Source: Candidatus Bathyarchaeota archaeon (GTDB taxonomy: Archaea; Thermoproteota; Bathyarchaeia; Bathyarchaeales; Bathycorpusculaceae). From it: 64,000 nucleotides of DNA. Location: positions 768,001 through 832,000 of the forward strand of contig CAWABA010000006.1 in the NCBI GenBank assembly GCA_963780185.1, written 5' to 3'. The position numbers and the translations under genes were made by a program. Shown here in pieces: positions 38,214 through 48,211 of the stretch; position 1 is the first letter of the stretch; every line of letters begins with the position of its first letter. Below the pieces are notes generated by a model. The model made no database searches. It worked only from the letters and a program-made list of their open reading frames with translations, and was not told where the DNA came from.

Positions 38214-39525
38214 GGAATATACCGTTAAACAAACAGAATTAGGGGTAATTCCAGCTGATTGGAAGGTTGTTAAATTCTCAGACACTTTACAGGATGAGCT
38301 AAGAAATGGTCTAACTAAACCTTCTTCTATTAGGGGCAATGGAATTAAAATGGTCAACATGGGCGAACTGTTTAGGCATGACCGAATCAAGCATGCCGAA
38401 ATGGAAAGAGTGCCCTTGTCGGAATCAGAGAGAAAAACATATCTCTTAGAGACCGGTGATCTCCTGTTTGCCCGTCAGTCTCTTCAGCTTTCTGGAGTTG
38501 GTAAGTGTTCAATTTTCATCGAGGATAAAGAAGACGTAACTTTTGAGGGGCATCTTATTAGGGCTAGATTAAACAAAAGAAAAGCAAACCCAGCGTTTTA
38601 CTATTACTTTTTCAAATCAAGTGTAGGTAGAAAGGTAATCGAGGCATATGCTGAGCAGGTAGCTGCCGCGGGTATTAGAGGAAGTGACCTAAAGAACGCA
38701 CATGTTCCCCTTCCTTCTTTGGCTGAACAGATTGCAATCGGCAATATTCTAAATGTTATTGACGGAAAAATTGAGGTCAATGAGAATATGAATTGCTCTT
38801 TTGAAGCTGTTGGGGAGGCTTTGTTTAAGCGTTGGTTTGTTGATTTTGAGTTTCCCAACCAAGAAGGCAAACCCTACAAGTCAACAGGCGGAAAAATGAA
38901 ATACGACGATGAGCTCGGACTCGAAATACCTGATACCTTCAAATCGGGTACGATCTATGATTTATGCGCCATTGTCTACGGTTTCCCGTTCAGTTCAAAA
39001 TACTTCAATTCTAAACAAGAAGGCAAACCACTGATTAGAATAAGAGACCTCAAGACGTTGAATCCTGATTTTTTCACAACAGAAGAAGACCCGAGAATGA
39101 CCTTGATTAAACCAGGCGATATTATTGCTGGTATGGATGCCGAGTTTACCCCTTGGATTTGGTTAGGTGAATCAGCGTATTTGAATCAGCGGCTTTGTAT
39201 GTTCAAACCAAGCTCAGAAAAAAATGTGCACGAATTCCTTATTTATCAAATCGTAAAGCCATTGCTAAAGAGGGAAGAACGAGCGAAAGTAGGGACTACT
39301 GTCATACACTTAGCAAAGAGTGACATAGACCGCTGGCGTGTCACAATCCCAAATGATGAGACGTTAACTTCATTTTCGAAGTTAATCAAGCCTTTTTTTG
39401 AACGATTAGTTGTCAACAGTCAACAAATTAGAGTTTTGACGCAGCTTCGAGATTCATTACTCCCTAAGCTTATGTCTGGAAAAATTAGAGTACCCATTAA
39501 CAAAGAAAATGTGGAGGCTACTTGA
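38203..39525 (+). CDS. hsdS: Type I R-M specificity subunit S
   Basis: ELGVIPADW, PLPSLAEQIAI, LFKRWFVDF, LRDSLLPKLMSGKIRV; two TRDs. Confidence 0.93.
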   Translation: MISKEYTVKQTELGVIPADWKVVKFSDTLQDELRNGLTKPSSIRGNGIKMVNMGELFRHDRIKHAEMERVPLSESERKTYLLETGDLLFARQSLQLSGVGKCSIFIEDKEDVTFEGHLIRARLNKRKANPAFYYYFFKSSVGRKVIEAYAEQVAAAGIRGSDLKNAHVPLPSLAEQIAIGNILNVIDGKIEVNENMNCSFEAVGEALFKRWFVDFEFPNQEGKPYKSTGGKMKYDDELGLEIPDTFKSGTIYDLCAIVYGFPFSSKYFNSKQEGKPLIRIRDLKTLNPDFFTTEEDPRMTLIKPGDIIAGMDAEFTPWIWLGESAYLNQRLCMFKPSSEKNVHEFLIYQIVKPLLKREERAKVGTTVIHLAKSDIDRWRVTIPNDETLTSFSKLIKPFFERLVVNSQQIRVLTQLRDSLLPKLMSGKIRVPINKENVEAT

Positions 39526-39627
39526 TGTCTAAAGCGATTCCTGGGCAGGTTTGTAGCTTGCGAACCTAAAAATCGCGAATATCTTAAATAGTAATGGCTC
39601 AAAATATTGGGCATAAGGGATAATAAA

Positions 39628-40170
39628 ATGGGCGCAAAACTTGGCTTTATCACGCCGACCGTGATGCAGGTACTCGAATTCTTTCTGGAAGACGGCATAA
39701 ACGAGTATCACGAAAGGGAGATTGTTAGAAGAACAGGCGTAAGTAAGGGGTTGGCAAGTAAAATTCTAAAATTGCTAACCAGCCTTGGCTTTTTGACAAG
39801 GGAAGAAAAGGGCAGGCTGGCAATTTACCGCCTTAAACAAAATGAAGCCGCAGTAAAGCAGTTCAAGGTACTCCTCAACGTATTTGCCCTAAAACTGCTG
39901 ACAGATAAACTGAAAGAGAACTCTAAAAGAATCGTGCTCTTTGGCAGTTGCGCCCAAGGTACAGACACAAAAGAAAGCGACATTGACCTGCTGGTTGTAA
40001 CAGAAGAAAAAGAGGCTGCTGTAAAAACAATCAGCGAATTCAACAAAAAAAGCCAGCGAAGGGTAGCCCCAATAACAGTAAACATGAACGAGTACATCAG
40101 CCTGAAAAGAGAAGACAAGCCTCTCTACGAAAACATCGAGCGAGGAATAACCCTTTGGGAAGCAGAGTAA
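39628..40170 (+). CDS. HTH + minimal nucleotidyltransferase (MNT) antitoxin
   Basis: N-terminal wHTH (YHEREIVRRTGVSKG); LFGSCAQG...SDIDLLVV. Confidence 0.88.
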   Translation: MGAKLGFITPTVMQVLEFFLEDGINEYHEREIVRRTGVSKGLASKILKLLTSLGFLTREEKGRLAIYRLKQNEAAVKQFKVLLNVFALKLLTDKLKENSKRIVLFGSCAQGTDTKESDIDLLVVTEEKEAAVKTISEFNKKSQRRVAPITVNMNEYISLKREDKPLYENIERGITLWEAE

Positions 40171-40592
40171 ACCCAGAAATCCAGCGGCTTGTAAACGAAA
40201 GAAAGCTCATCAAGGCGCAAATAGGCAGCGACATGATTTCAAAGGAAATAGCGGCTGCTGAGGCTGATTTGTCAGATGCCCAAGATTCTCTTCAAAACAG
40301 CAAGTTCAAGTGGGCAACAATACAAGGTTACTACTCGATGTTTCACAGCGCCAGAGCATTGCTGTATAGCAAGGGTTTGAGGGAGAAAAGCCACTTTGCA
40401 TTATTTCTCGCTCTAAGAGCGCTCTTTCAAAATGAGGTTGAAGATTCACTGATACGTCAATTCGAGGAATGCATGAGTCTTCGGCAAGAAGCGGATTATG
40501 GCTTAAACTTCTCAGAGAACGAAGCACTAGACGCAATTGATGGCGCAGAAAAGCTGCTTGCAAGGTCAAAGGAGATACTGAAAATAAAATGA
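40155..40592 (+). CDS. HEPN-domain protein (MNT partner)
   Basis: A..DL.DA...[12 protein letters not shown]...KSH...LRQEADY pattern; overlaps MNT. Confidence 0.85.
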   Translation: MGSRVNPEIQRLVNERKLIKAQIGSDMISKEIAAAEADLSDAQDSLQNSKFKWATIQGYYSMFHSARALLYSKGLREKSHFALFLALRALFQNEVEDSLIRQFEECMSLRQEADYGLNFSENEALDAIDGAEKLLARSKEILKIK

Positions 40593-40614
40593 AGCCCAGC
40601 TGGGAGGCGCTTGG

Positions 40615-43600
40615 ATGTCTAAAGTGATGACTGAGTCTGAGGTTGAGTATGTTTGTCTTTGTTTGCTTGGCGACTTAAACTATGCTGTTGCTTCTGGTCC
40701 TGACATCTCTGAGGGCGGTTTAGCTGCTGAGCGCGGGTATGGGGAGGTTGTGCTTATCGGACGACTCCAAGATGCGCTCAAGCGAATCAATAAGGGTGTT
40801 CCTGACTCGGCTATTGAGGAAGCCATAAAACGGGTTGTGCGAACGGACAGTCAGGATTTAGTTCAGAATAATCAGGCGTTCCATAAGCTGTTGGTTAACG
40901 GTGTGCCTGTTCAGTATAAGCGTGCAGACGGCAGCGTCAAAGACGATTCGCTGTGGCTTATTGATTTTAACGATATTAGAAACAATGATTTTTTGGCGGT
41001 CAACCAGTTTACGGTTATTGAGGAGCGAATTAATCGTCGTGCAGATATAGTTCTATTCGTTAATGGGTTGCCGCTTGTTCTAATCGAGCTTAAGAATCCT
41101 GCAGACGAGAATGCAAGCGTTTCCTCGGCGTACAAGCAGCTGCAGACTTACATGAAAGAGATTCCGTCGATTTTCCGCTTCAACGAAATCCTCGTCGCCA
41201 GCGACGGAACATACGCAAAAGCAGGAACCATCACTTCTCCCCAAGAGCGATTCACCGTGTGGAAAGAAAGCGAGGGCAAAAAACCCAATATCCCTTCTTC
41301 CGAAATCGAGCTACTCATCAACGGAATGCTAAAGCCCAACATACTGCTTGATCTGGTGCACAGCTACGTGGCTTTTGAACCAGAAAAACAAAAAGACGGC
41401 AGCATCAATATTTCTAAAAAAATCGCTCAATACCAACAGTATCGTGCAGTGCGAAAAGCGATTGCAAAAACTGTGGCGGCCAGTAAGGAAGATAGACGCG
41501 GCGGTGTGGTTTGGCATACTCAGGGGTCGGGAAAAAGCCTTACGATGGTTTTTTATGTGGGCAAGATGGTGCTTGAGCCAAAGCTGGAAAATCCCACAAT
41601 AATTATGCTAACTGACCGCAATGATTTAGGCGACCAGCTTTTTGACACGTTTGCCCGCAACCACGATTTGCTGCGCCAAGACCCAGTGCAGGCGATGACA
41701 AGGCAGGATTTGCAGCGGCTGCTTAAGGTGGCTTCAGGCGGCATCATCTTCACCACGATACAGAAGTTTTACCCCGAAGGCGACGATTACCCACAGCTAT
41801 CTGACCGCAGAAACATCATCGTCATCGCCGATGAAGCCCATCGGAGCCAGTACGGGTTTGGGTTGAAGGTGCCAAAAAACCTCGCCAAAGATGACCTCAA
41901 ATACGGCTACGCCAAGTACATGCGCGATGCCCTGCCAAACGCAACGTTTGTCGGCTTCACGGGCACGCCGATTGAGAAAGCAGACCATAACACCAGAAAA
42001 GTGTTCGGCGACTACATCGACGTCTATGACATCAAACAATCAGTTGAGGACGGCTCAACAGTCGGCATCATCTATGAAAGCCGCCTAGCTAAAATCGAGC
42101 TCAAACCAGAAGCACGACCCTACATCGACGAAAATTTTGAAGAAGTCACCGAAGGCGAAGAAGTTGAAGGCAAGGAATACCTCAAAAGCAAGTGGTCGCG
42201 GCTTGAAAAGGTAGTGGGCAGCCCCGACCGAATTAAACGGTTAGCCTCAGATATTGTGGATCACTGGGAGAAGCGGCTTAGCGTGCTAGATGGGAAAGCC
42301 ATGATTGTATGCATGAGCCGCCGCATCTGCGTGGAACTGCACCACGAAATCGTCAAGCTGCGCCCGCAATGGTATGACGCCGACGACAAAAAAGGAGGCC
42401 TAAAAGTTGTCATGACCGGCTCAGCCGCCGACGGACCCCAATGGCAGGAGCATATCCGCAATAAGCAGCGCCGCCATGAACTACTAGACCGCATGAAGGA
42501 CCCTTCAGACCCATTCAAAGTGGTTATTGTTAGGGATATGTGGCTGACTGGGGTTGATGTGCCCAGTTTGCACACGATGTACATTGATAAGCCGATGAAT
42601 GGGCACACGCTTATGCAGGCAATTGCCCGCGTTAACAGGGTTTTCAAAGACAAGAAATCCGGGTTAATTGTTGACTACATCGGTTTAGCGACTGAATTGG
42701 AGAAGGCGTTGGCAGAGTACACCGAGGGCAACCGAGAACTCGCGAAAATCCCGCATAGACGTCGCCGTTGAACGCATGATGGCGCACTACGAAGCAGTCT
42801 GCGACATGTTCCACGGCTTCGACGTCCGCCAATTCTTCACAGCCACCTCCAGCAGCGCATGGGCATAATGATGCAGGCAATGGAGCACATCCTAGCTCAG
42901 CAGGACGGCAAAAACCGCTACCTCAAAGAAGTCACCAACCTACTCTACGCATTCACCGTAGCCATGCCCCATGAAAAAGCAGTCGCAATCCGCGACGACG
43001 TAGGCTTTTTCCAAGCAGTCAAAGCAGCCATCGTAAAGAACACCGACACCAGAACCGTGCAAGAGGAAAACATGGATACGGCAATAAAGCAGATTCTTAT
43101 CTGAAGCGTTGGTTTCTGATCGGGTGATTGATGTTTTTGCAGCGGCAGGTTTCAAAAAGCCCAATTTGGAATTGTTCTCAGACGAGTTCTTGGAGAATCT
43201 GCGAACGATGCCTCAGAAGAACTTGGCGTTTGAAACCCTCAGGAAACTGTTAAGCGACCAGATACGTTTCCAACGCAAAAAGAACCTGGTGCAGGCACGC
43301 AGCTTTGAGGAGCTACTAGATAAGTCAATCAGGGCTTACATGAACCGCTCCATTGACACGGCGCAGGTTGTCCAGCAACTAGCCGATTTAGCCAAAACAG
43401 TGAAAGCGGTGAACGGCAGAGGAATCCCGCTTGGGCTCTCAGAGGAAGAAGTCGCCTTCTACGATGCATTAGCGGATAACGAGAGCGCTAAGCAGTTGCT
43501 TGGCGACAAAGTTCTAATGCAGATGGCGCGGGAACTCGTCGATATGATACGAAACAATGTTACCATTGATTGGACCATCCGCGACAATGTCCAGGCACAT

Positions 43601-43729
43601 CTGCGAGTCATGGTTAAAAAGCTACTTAAGAAATACAAGTACCCGCCTGACAAACAGGAAAAAGCCACGCAAACGGTATTGGACCAAGCTAAACTGCTCT
43701 GCAAAGACTGGGCAGAAACACAAAACTAA
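40615..43729 (+). CDS. hsdR: Type I R-M restriction subunit R (frameshifts at ~42752, ~42850, ~43097)
   Basis: [18 protein letters not shown] nuclease motif, [27 protein letters not shown]; C-terminal pieces 42859-43104 and 43109-43729 (TIDW...YKYPPD). Confidence 0.92.
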
Positions 43730-44269
43730 CCCATCCAGCGCAAAAACTCTCAAAAAAGCCTGTTCCGCATGGAAAGAACAGAAAAGTTTAGGCGACGGTT
43801 ACTTCTTTTTTTGCTATGCCTTCAACCCATTAGGGGAACTATTTTGCTGGCTCTTAGAATCTCCAGGAAAATTTTGTAGGTCATAGCGCTCTCGCCTTGC
43901 TGGATAGAAGGTTATGATAACTAAAAAGTTTTTTTCGCCGCCTTCTCTGGTGCTGTGTTGCTGAGCGGTTGGGTCCATGCCACTTTTGTAATATTACAAA
44001 ACCTCAAGCAGAAGCCGCCCTTTCCACGCAACTTTCAACTCAAACCCGTAAAAGAATCCAAGCCCAAACCAAAAAAGCAACCCAAAACAAGCCCCCTAAA
44101 ATCCGCCAACCCAAGAAGGGTACCCTCATTTTTACATCCAAAAGCCAAGGTAAAGATGGGTTGGAGACCGGGGGAGGGGGTCTAGTATTTACATCAAAAA
44201 ACAAACACAAATACTAGCCCAAAAAAGATGACAAAAAAATAAAAAGAAAAAGATTGTTGAAGAATGCGT

Positions 44270-45466
44270 TTATTCGTGGTTATTGGAGTCTTCTGTTTCT
44301 GCTGCGGCTTCGTTTGCGTCTGTTTCTTGTGTCGTCTCCGGTTGCGCCGCTTGGGGCGCTTCTAAAGGGTGGGCTGGAACTTGTACCTCCTCCAGTATAA
44401 CCGGCTCGATGACGGCTTGCATTTCGGGCTCCATCACTTTATCAAGCGTTGTTTCAATTGGGGCAACTTCCGACGCAACCTCAAACGCGTCAATCGCCGC
44501 TTCAACCTCAGGCTCCTTGGCCGCCTCAACCTCAACAGCAACTTCAGATGCTGCAACCTCAACGGCTGCTTCCTCAACAACTGGCGCTGCTTCAATCGGG
44601 GCTGCTGCTTCCAAGTTAATGACTGGCTCTTCGGGGGCAAGAACGGTTATCGCTGGCTCTTCAGGGGCAACTTCAGGCTCAACAATGGTAATCGGAGCGG
44701 CTTCTGCGATAGCAACCTCAACAACAGGGGTCTCAACCGGCGCAGCTTCTACTGCAGCTTCAACGGGGGCAACTTCGACAACGGGAGCGGTTTCCACGGG
44801 AGTTTCAATGGGGGCGGCTTCGATCGGGGCAACGGTTTCAGCGGGCGCTGCTTCTATCGGGGCGGCTTCAACTGGGGCTGCTTCGGCTTTTGCCGCTTCA
44901 ACTGCAATCTCAACTGGAGCAGACTCAACGATGGTAGCTTCAATGGGCGCTGGCTCTGCAACGGCTTCAATTGTTGGAGCTTCAACAATGATGGGGGCGG
45001 GGGCTGGTTCTTCGATTGCGGGCGGAGCAACTTCCACAATTGCGGGGGCAACTGGCTCTGGGGCTGCGGGCATCGTTGGAGATGAAAGCTGATTTGTAAC
45101 CTGTTTTATCGTGGTTAACTCGTTCTTGGTTGTTTCTAATCCGGTTGACAGAAGGCTTATTTCTCTTTGGTAGATGTCTTCGTCAATTTCTCCGGCTACA
45201 TGCTGAATCTCATAGCTGGCGAGAAGAGTTTCCAAAGTTTTAAGCTGATTCTCCAAATCCTGAGTTTTCGACTGCATTCCTGCAACGAGTTCTTTTTGCT
45301 GCTTCTCAATGGCAACGATGGCCGCGCTGATCTCTATGTTAAAAGAGTCTCTGGTCGACTGTGAAATTCTGCCGCTTGAATAAAGATTGTCTAATGCTTG
45401 CTGCTTTTTCTTAGCAATTTCGTATTCTTCATTTAACCTTTTAAATGTATATTTCCATGAAATCAA
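44270..45466 (-). CDS. CdvA-like coiled-coil protein with long acidic Ala/Glu/Pro/Val repeat tail
   Basis: KKKQQALDNLYSSGRIS...LE.QL..LE..LA..EI.H.AGEIDE..Y...I..L..GLE resembles the CdvA coiled-coil domain; TTG 45466 follows GGTG SD; ~280-aa EAAPIE/VEAAPVE tail. Confidence 0.7.
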   Translation of the reverse strand: MISWKYTFKRLNEEYEIAKKKQQALDNLYSSGRISQSTRDSFNIEISAAIVAIEKQQKELVAGMQSKTQDLENQLKTLETLLASYEIQHVAGEIDEDIYQREISLLSTGLETTKNELTTIKQVTNQLSSPTMPAAPEPVAPAIVEVAPPAIEEPAPAPIIVEAPTIEAVAEPAPIEATIVESAPVEIAVEAAKAEAAPVEAAPIEAAPAETVAPIEAAPIETPVETAPVVEVAPVEAAVEAAPVETPVVEVAIAEAAPITIVEPEVAPEEPAITVLAPEEPVINLEAAAPIEAAPVVEEAAVEVAASEVAVEVEAAKEPEVEAAIDAFEVASEVAPIETTLDKVMEPEMQAVIEPVILEEVQVPAHPLEAPQAAQPETTQETDANEAAAETEDSNNHE

Positions 45467-45769
45467 TTCTAAGGCACCGAACACTTTTAACGCAAAACAA
45501 CAAATAACGTTTCTTAACATGCACATATATCGGTAACTATTAAAATCAGCACTTCAGCCAGCGAAATAGAAACTTTGCAGTAAAATTCCGCACTGCCCAT
45601 ACATGGTTATGCATTGGAAAAGCAAAATATTTTCTGGCACCTTTCCAAGAAATTGACATTTACATGTTAATTGTGACAACTGCCACACCGCGTTATGCAC
45701 GATATATGATCCAGAATCGAAGCTGGGGCAGTGGATGTTGAATAATCGATTTCACCCATGTTGAGGCTT

Positions 45770-45797
45770 GTTTAAACTTGTTTAAACTTGTTATAAC
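45770..45797. promoter_or_regulatory. Three 10-bp-phased GTT(T/A)(A/T)AAC boxes upstream of PadR
   Basis: GTTTAAACTT-GTTTAAACTT-GTTATAAC; TATA-like CTTATATAT at ~45821. Confidence 0.5.
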
Positions 45798-45866
45798 AAA
45801 CTATTCCAAATCCGAATAAAACTTATATATCTAAACAAGAATAAACAATGGCGAGCGTGCAAAAAC

Positions 45867-46226
45867 ATGGTGGCATTAACAATAACCGTAAACGGCGAAA
45901 GAAGCGAAGCCCGAATAATCAAAAAAATGCATGAAAGAGTAATCAAAACCTTCATGGACACAATAATAATGAGCGAACTCCAAAACGGCCCAATAAGCGG
46001 CTACGACGTCATTTCATTCATACACAACAAATTCGGCTTCCTCGTCAGCTCAGGCACAGTATACTCACTTCTCTACTCCCTGGAGAGAAACCAGCTGGTT
46101 GAAGGCGCATGGATCGAACGCAAAAGAGTATACAAACTCACCGAAAAAGGCGCAAGAACAATCCAGACAATCCTCAACTCACATGACAAAATCAAAAGCT
46201 TCATGGCAACCGTCCTAAAAGCTTAA
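45867..46226 (+). CDS. PadR-family transcriptional regulator
   Basis: GPISGYDVI...SSGTVYSLLYSLER..LV.....RKRVYKLTEKG. Confidence 0.9.
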   Translation: MVALTITVNGERSEARIIKKMHERVIKTFMDTIIMSELQNGPISGYDVISFIHNKFGFLVSSGTVYSLLYSLERNQLVEGAWIERKRVYKLTEKGARTIQTILNSHDKIKSFMATVLKA

Positions 46227-46319
46227 ACAACCCCTCAACTATTTCTTTTTAGTGAAGTTTTAATAGAAACGCTAAAAAACCCCCCGCACATTTTCCTATA
46301 GCCGCAACAAACTTCGAGC

Positions 46320-46397
46320 GGGTCCGTAGCTCAGTCAGGCTAGAGCACCGGACTTTTAATCCGGGGGTCGCGGGTTCAATTCCCGTCGGACCCGCCA
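46320..46397 (+). tRNA. tRNA-Lys(TTT), intronless, CCA encoded
   Basis: GGGTCCG...CCGGA-CTTTTAA-TCCGG...GGTTCAATTCC...CGGACCC-G-CCA. Confidence 0.95.
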
Positions 46398-46538
46398 TAG
46401 TTTGGCGTTATGAGTCAGTAGATTTTTTCTAGGGGTGAGATTTCATTTCTTGAAACTTTTCTGCATCTTCTTTGTGCGAAATCAGAATCAGGATAGCTTT
46501 AAATTCATTAAGAAACAATCAGACAAGCGGAGAACTTT

Positions 46539-47251
46539 ATGCCCTTCTGCGAAAACTGTGGGTCACAAGTTAACCCCGATGCAAAATTCTGCCGCAACTG
46601 CGGAGCCACCTTAAACAAGCCAACGGTTAATGCCCAGCCCAATCCCGTCGCCTACGCAGAGTTTTTCTCCATCACCTGCGCCTCCTGTCACCGCCTCAAG
46701 TCTCGCCTGTCCAAGCTTCGATGGTTCAAGAATCAGCGGGGGTGGGATCCGAGCCGATCTTCGGAGTTATTCTTTTTAGGAAGGAAAAATCGTTCGGGCG
46801 ATGGGACACGTTTAATGGTGTGGTGACGGGTCAACGTTTGATTTTTGCTCAGATGACCAGCGAAATGATGAAGGCAGCTGCGCAGCAGGCAAGGGAGCAG
46901 GCGAAGGCGGAGGGGAAAGGCTTCTTTGGTCAATGGTCGGATCAGCTTAAGGCGACGTACGGTTATTCGCGGAGATATTTGGCGATGGCGCCGTCGGCGA
47001 TTCTTGCGGAGACGCTGGGCAACTTTGAGGTAGGCAACGCCGCGATTAGTGAAATCAGGCTTAGGGAGCGGTTAAGGCGGGAGGATCAGGGGGTTTACGA
47101 GTTTGAGGTGCAGATTCATTCGGCTGCTGGAAAATACGAGTTTGTTATGGATCAGAACGGTGACTTTGTGAAGTTGCTTAAGCAAGTGTATGGTGAAAGA
47201 GTCAAAACGCCTTTGGGATACGTCTCTAAGTCGATAAACATCAAACTCTAA
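46539..47251 (+). CDS. Zinc-ribbon domain protein with Pro-rich linker (frameshifted within 46640-46720)
   Basis: FCENCG...AKFCRNCG; the linker changes frame into ORF 46721-47251. Confidence 0.7.
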
Positions 47252-47334
47252 AATGCTTTTGCTCAGGCACTTCGGTGGCTGGTTTGGAACAGAAAAAGTT
47301 ATAGCTTTAGTGGAGATTATTAGTCTGTGATTTT

Positions 47335-47766
47335 ATGCAGTTCTTTACTGTGACAGACGAATCGAACATTAAACATAAAGTCCTCGTTGTTCCGTTAAGC
47401 GACGGGGAAATGAATGAGCTTATGGCTCAATGCAAAACCTGCATGCCGTCCATCTCCGTTTCGGCTATGGTTCAAAACGGGCACCCGTACGTTATCGTTG
47501 ACTTCGGGGCGGGCGGCTCCTATAAAACGGCGTTGGCGTTGGATGAGGAGTCTGAGGATGGGGACAAAATCGGGGACGAATTGGCGGTTGGAGACCTTTT
47601 GACGGTGATTTTAACTTCGAAGGACAGGGCGGTTAAAGTTTCAAGAGGCAAAGTTTACATGAATGTGCCGTTAGATGAGGTTTTAGCGTTTAGTTTCCTC
47701 TTCACGGCGGATATGGCGGAGAACTACGCAGTTTTCAAAATGTACAAGCAGCCAAGAGCCGAATAA
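47335..47766 (+). CDS. Hypothetical protein
   Basis: 143-aa ATG ORF with globular-looking composition and an upstream TATA-like AGTTATAG. Confidence 0.55.
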   Translation: MQFFTVTDESNIKHKVLVVPLSDGEMNELMAQCKTCMPSISVSAMVQNGHPYVIVDFGAGGSYKTALALDEESEDGDKIGDELAVGDLLTVILTSKDRAVKVSRGKVYMNVPLDEVLAFSFLFTADMAENYAVFKMYKQPRAE

Positions 47767-47850
47767 ATCGGCCTAAGCTTTCCCTTTCAGTTTTTGTTGG
47801 TTGTGTTTTGGGTTGCTCGGTTTGTTTGGGGCTTGAGGTGTTTGCAGGTT

Positions 47851-47930
47851 GAGTCAACTATAGTCAATAGTAGTCGTAAATAGTCGTTAATAGTCAGGGA
47901 AAGTCAAGGATAGTCAAGGATAGTCAACAG
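47851..47930. repeat. Eight 10-bp tandem units, consensus TAGTCAnnnn
   Basis: gagtcaacta tagtcaatag tagtcgtaaa tagtcgttaa tagtcaggga aagtcaagga tagtcaagga tagtcaacag. Confidence 0.85.
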
Positions 47931-48211
47931 TATCAAATCTGGCTTTTGCCGAGCAAGCTACCTGCTTCGTAAGCGAATCGGATGTGCAGTTGCAAAAAAC
48001 AGGGTTCGGTCTCTTGGGAACTTTAGAAAAAAATCGTGGAAAAAAAAGAAAAGGTTGGGTTTTTTTGGTGCCTAATCGAAGAGGGGTATGAAGGAGGAGT
48101 TTGGCGCGTTTGGGTTTGCTGCGGTGAACTGCGGCGCGGGGAAGGGTCGTCTTCGTAGGGGCGGTGACGGCATTGGGGATGGGGGTTCTATTTCCAGCGG
48201 GATGTGTTCTA

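Noticed and set aside
44283-45092. Long plus-strand ORFs (269 aa and 238 aa)
   Set aside because: Antisense shadows of the low-complexity A/E/P/V tail of the CdvA-like gene.
4236-46720. About 15 frameshifts (baseplate J, 14327 gene, ECF, pantoate kinase, PPAT x2, tubulin-like x3, FtsZ-like, hsdR x3, zinc-ribbon gene) as pseudogenisation or programmed frameshifting
   Set aside because: They hit housekeeping CoA genes too, are mostly single extra bases or homopolymer slips without slippery heptamers, and I saw no accompanying in-frame nonsense decay. Uncorrected long-read consensus error is the best explanation; read mapping is needed to confirm.
47851-47930. CRISPR array
   Set aside because: Units are 10 bp with no 25-40-bp repeats or spacers, and there are no cas genes. 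The same applies to 26857-27049.
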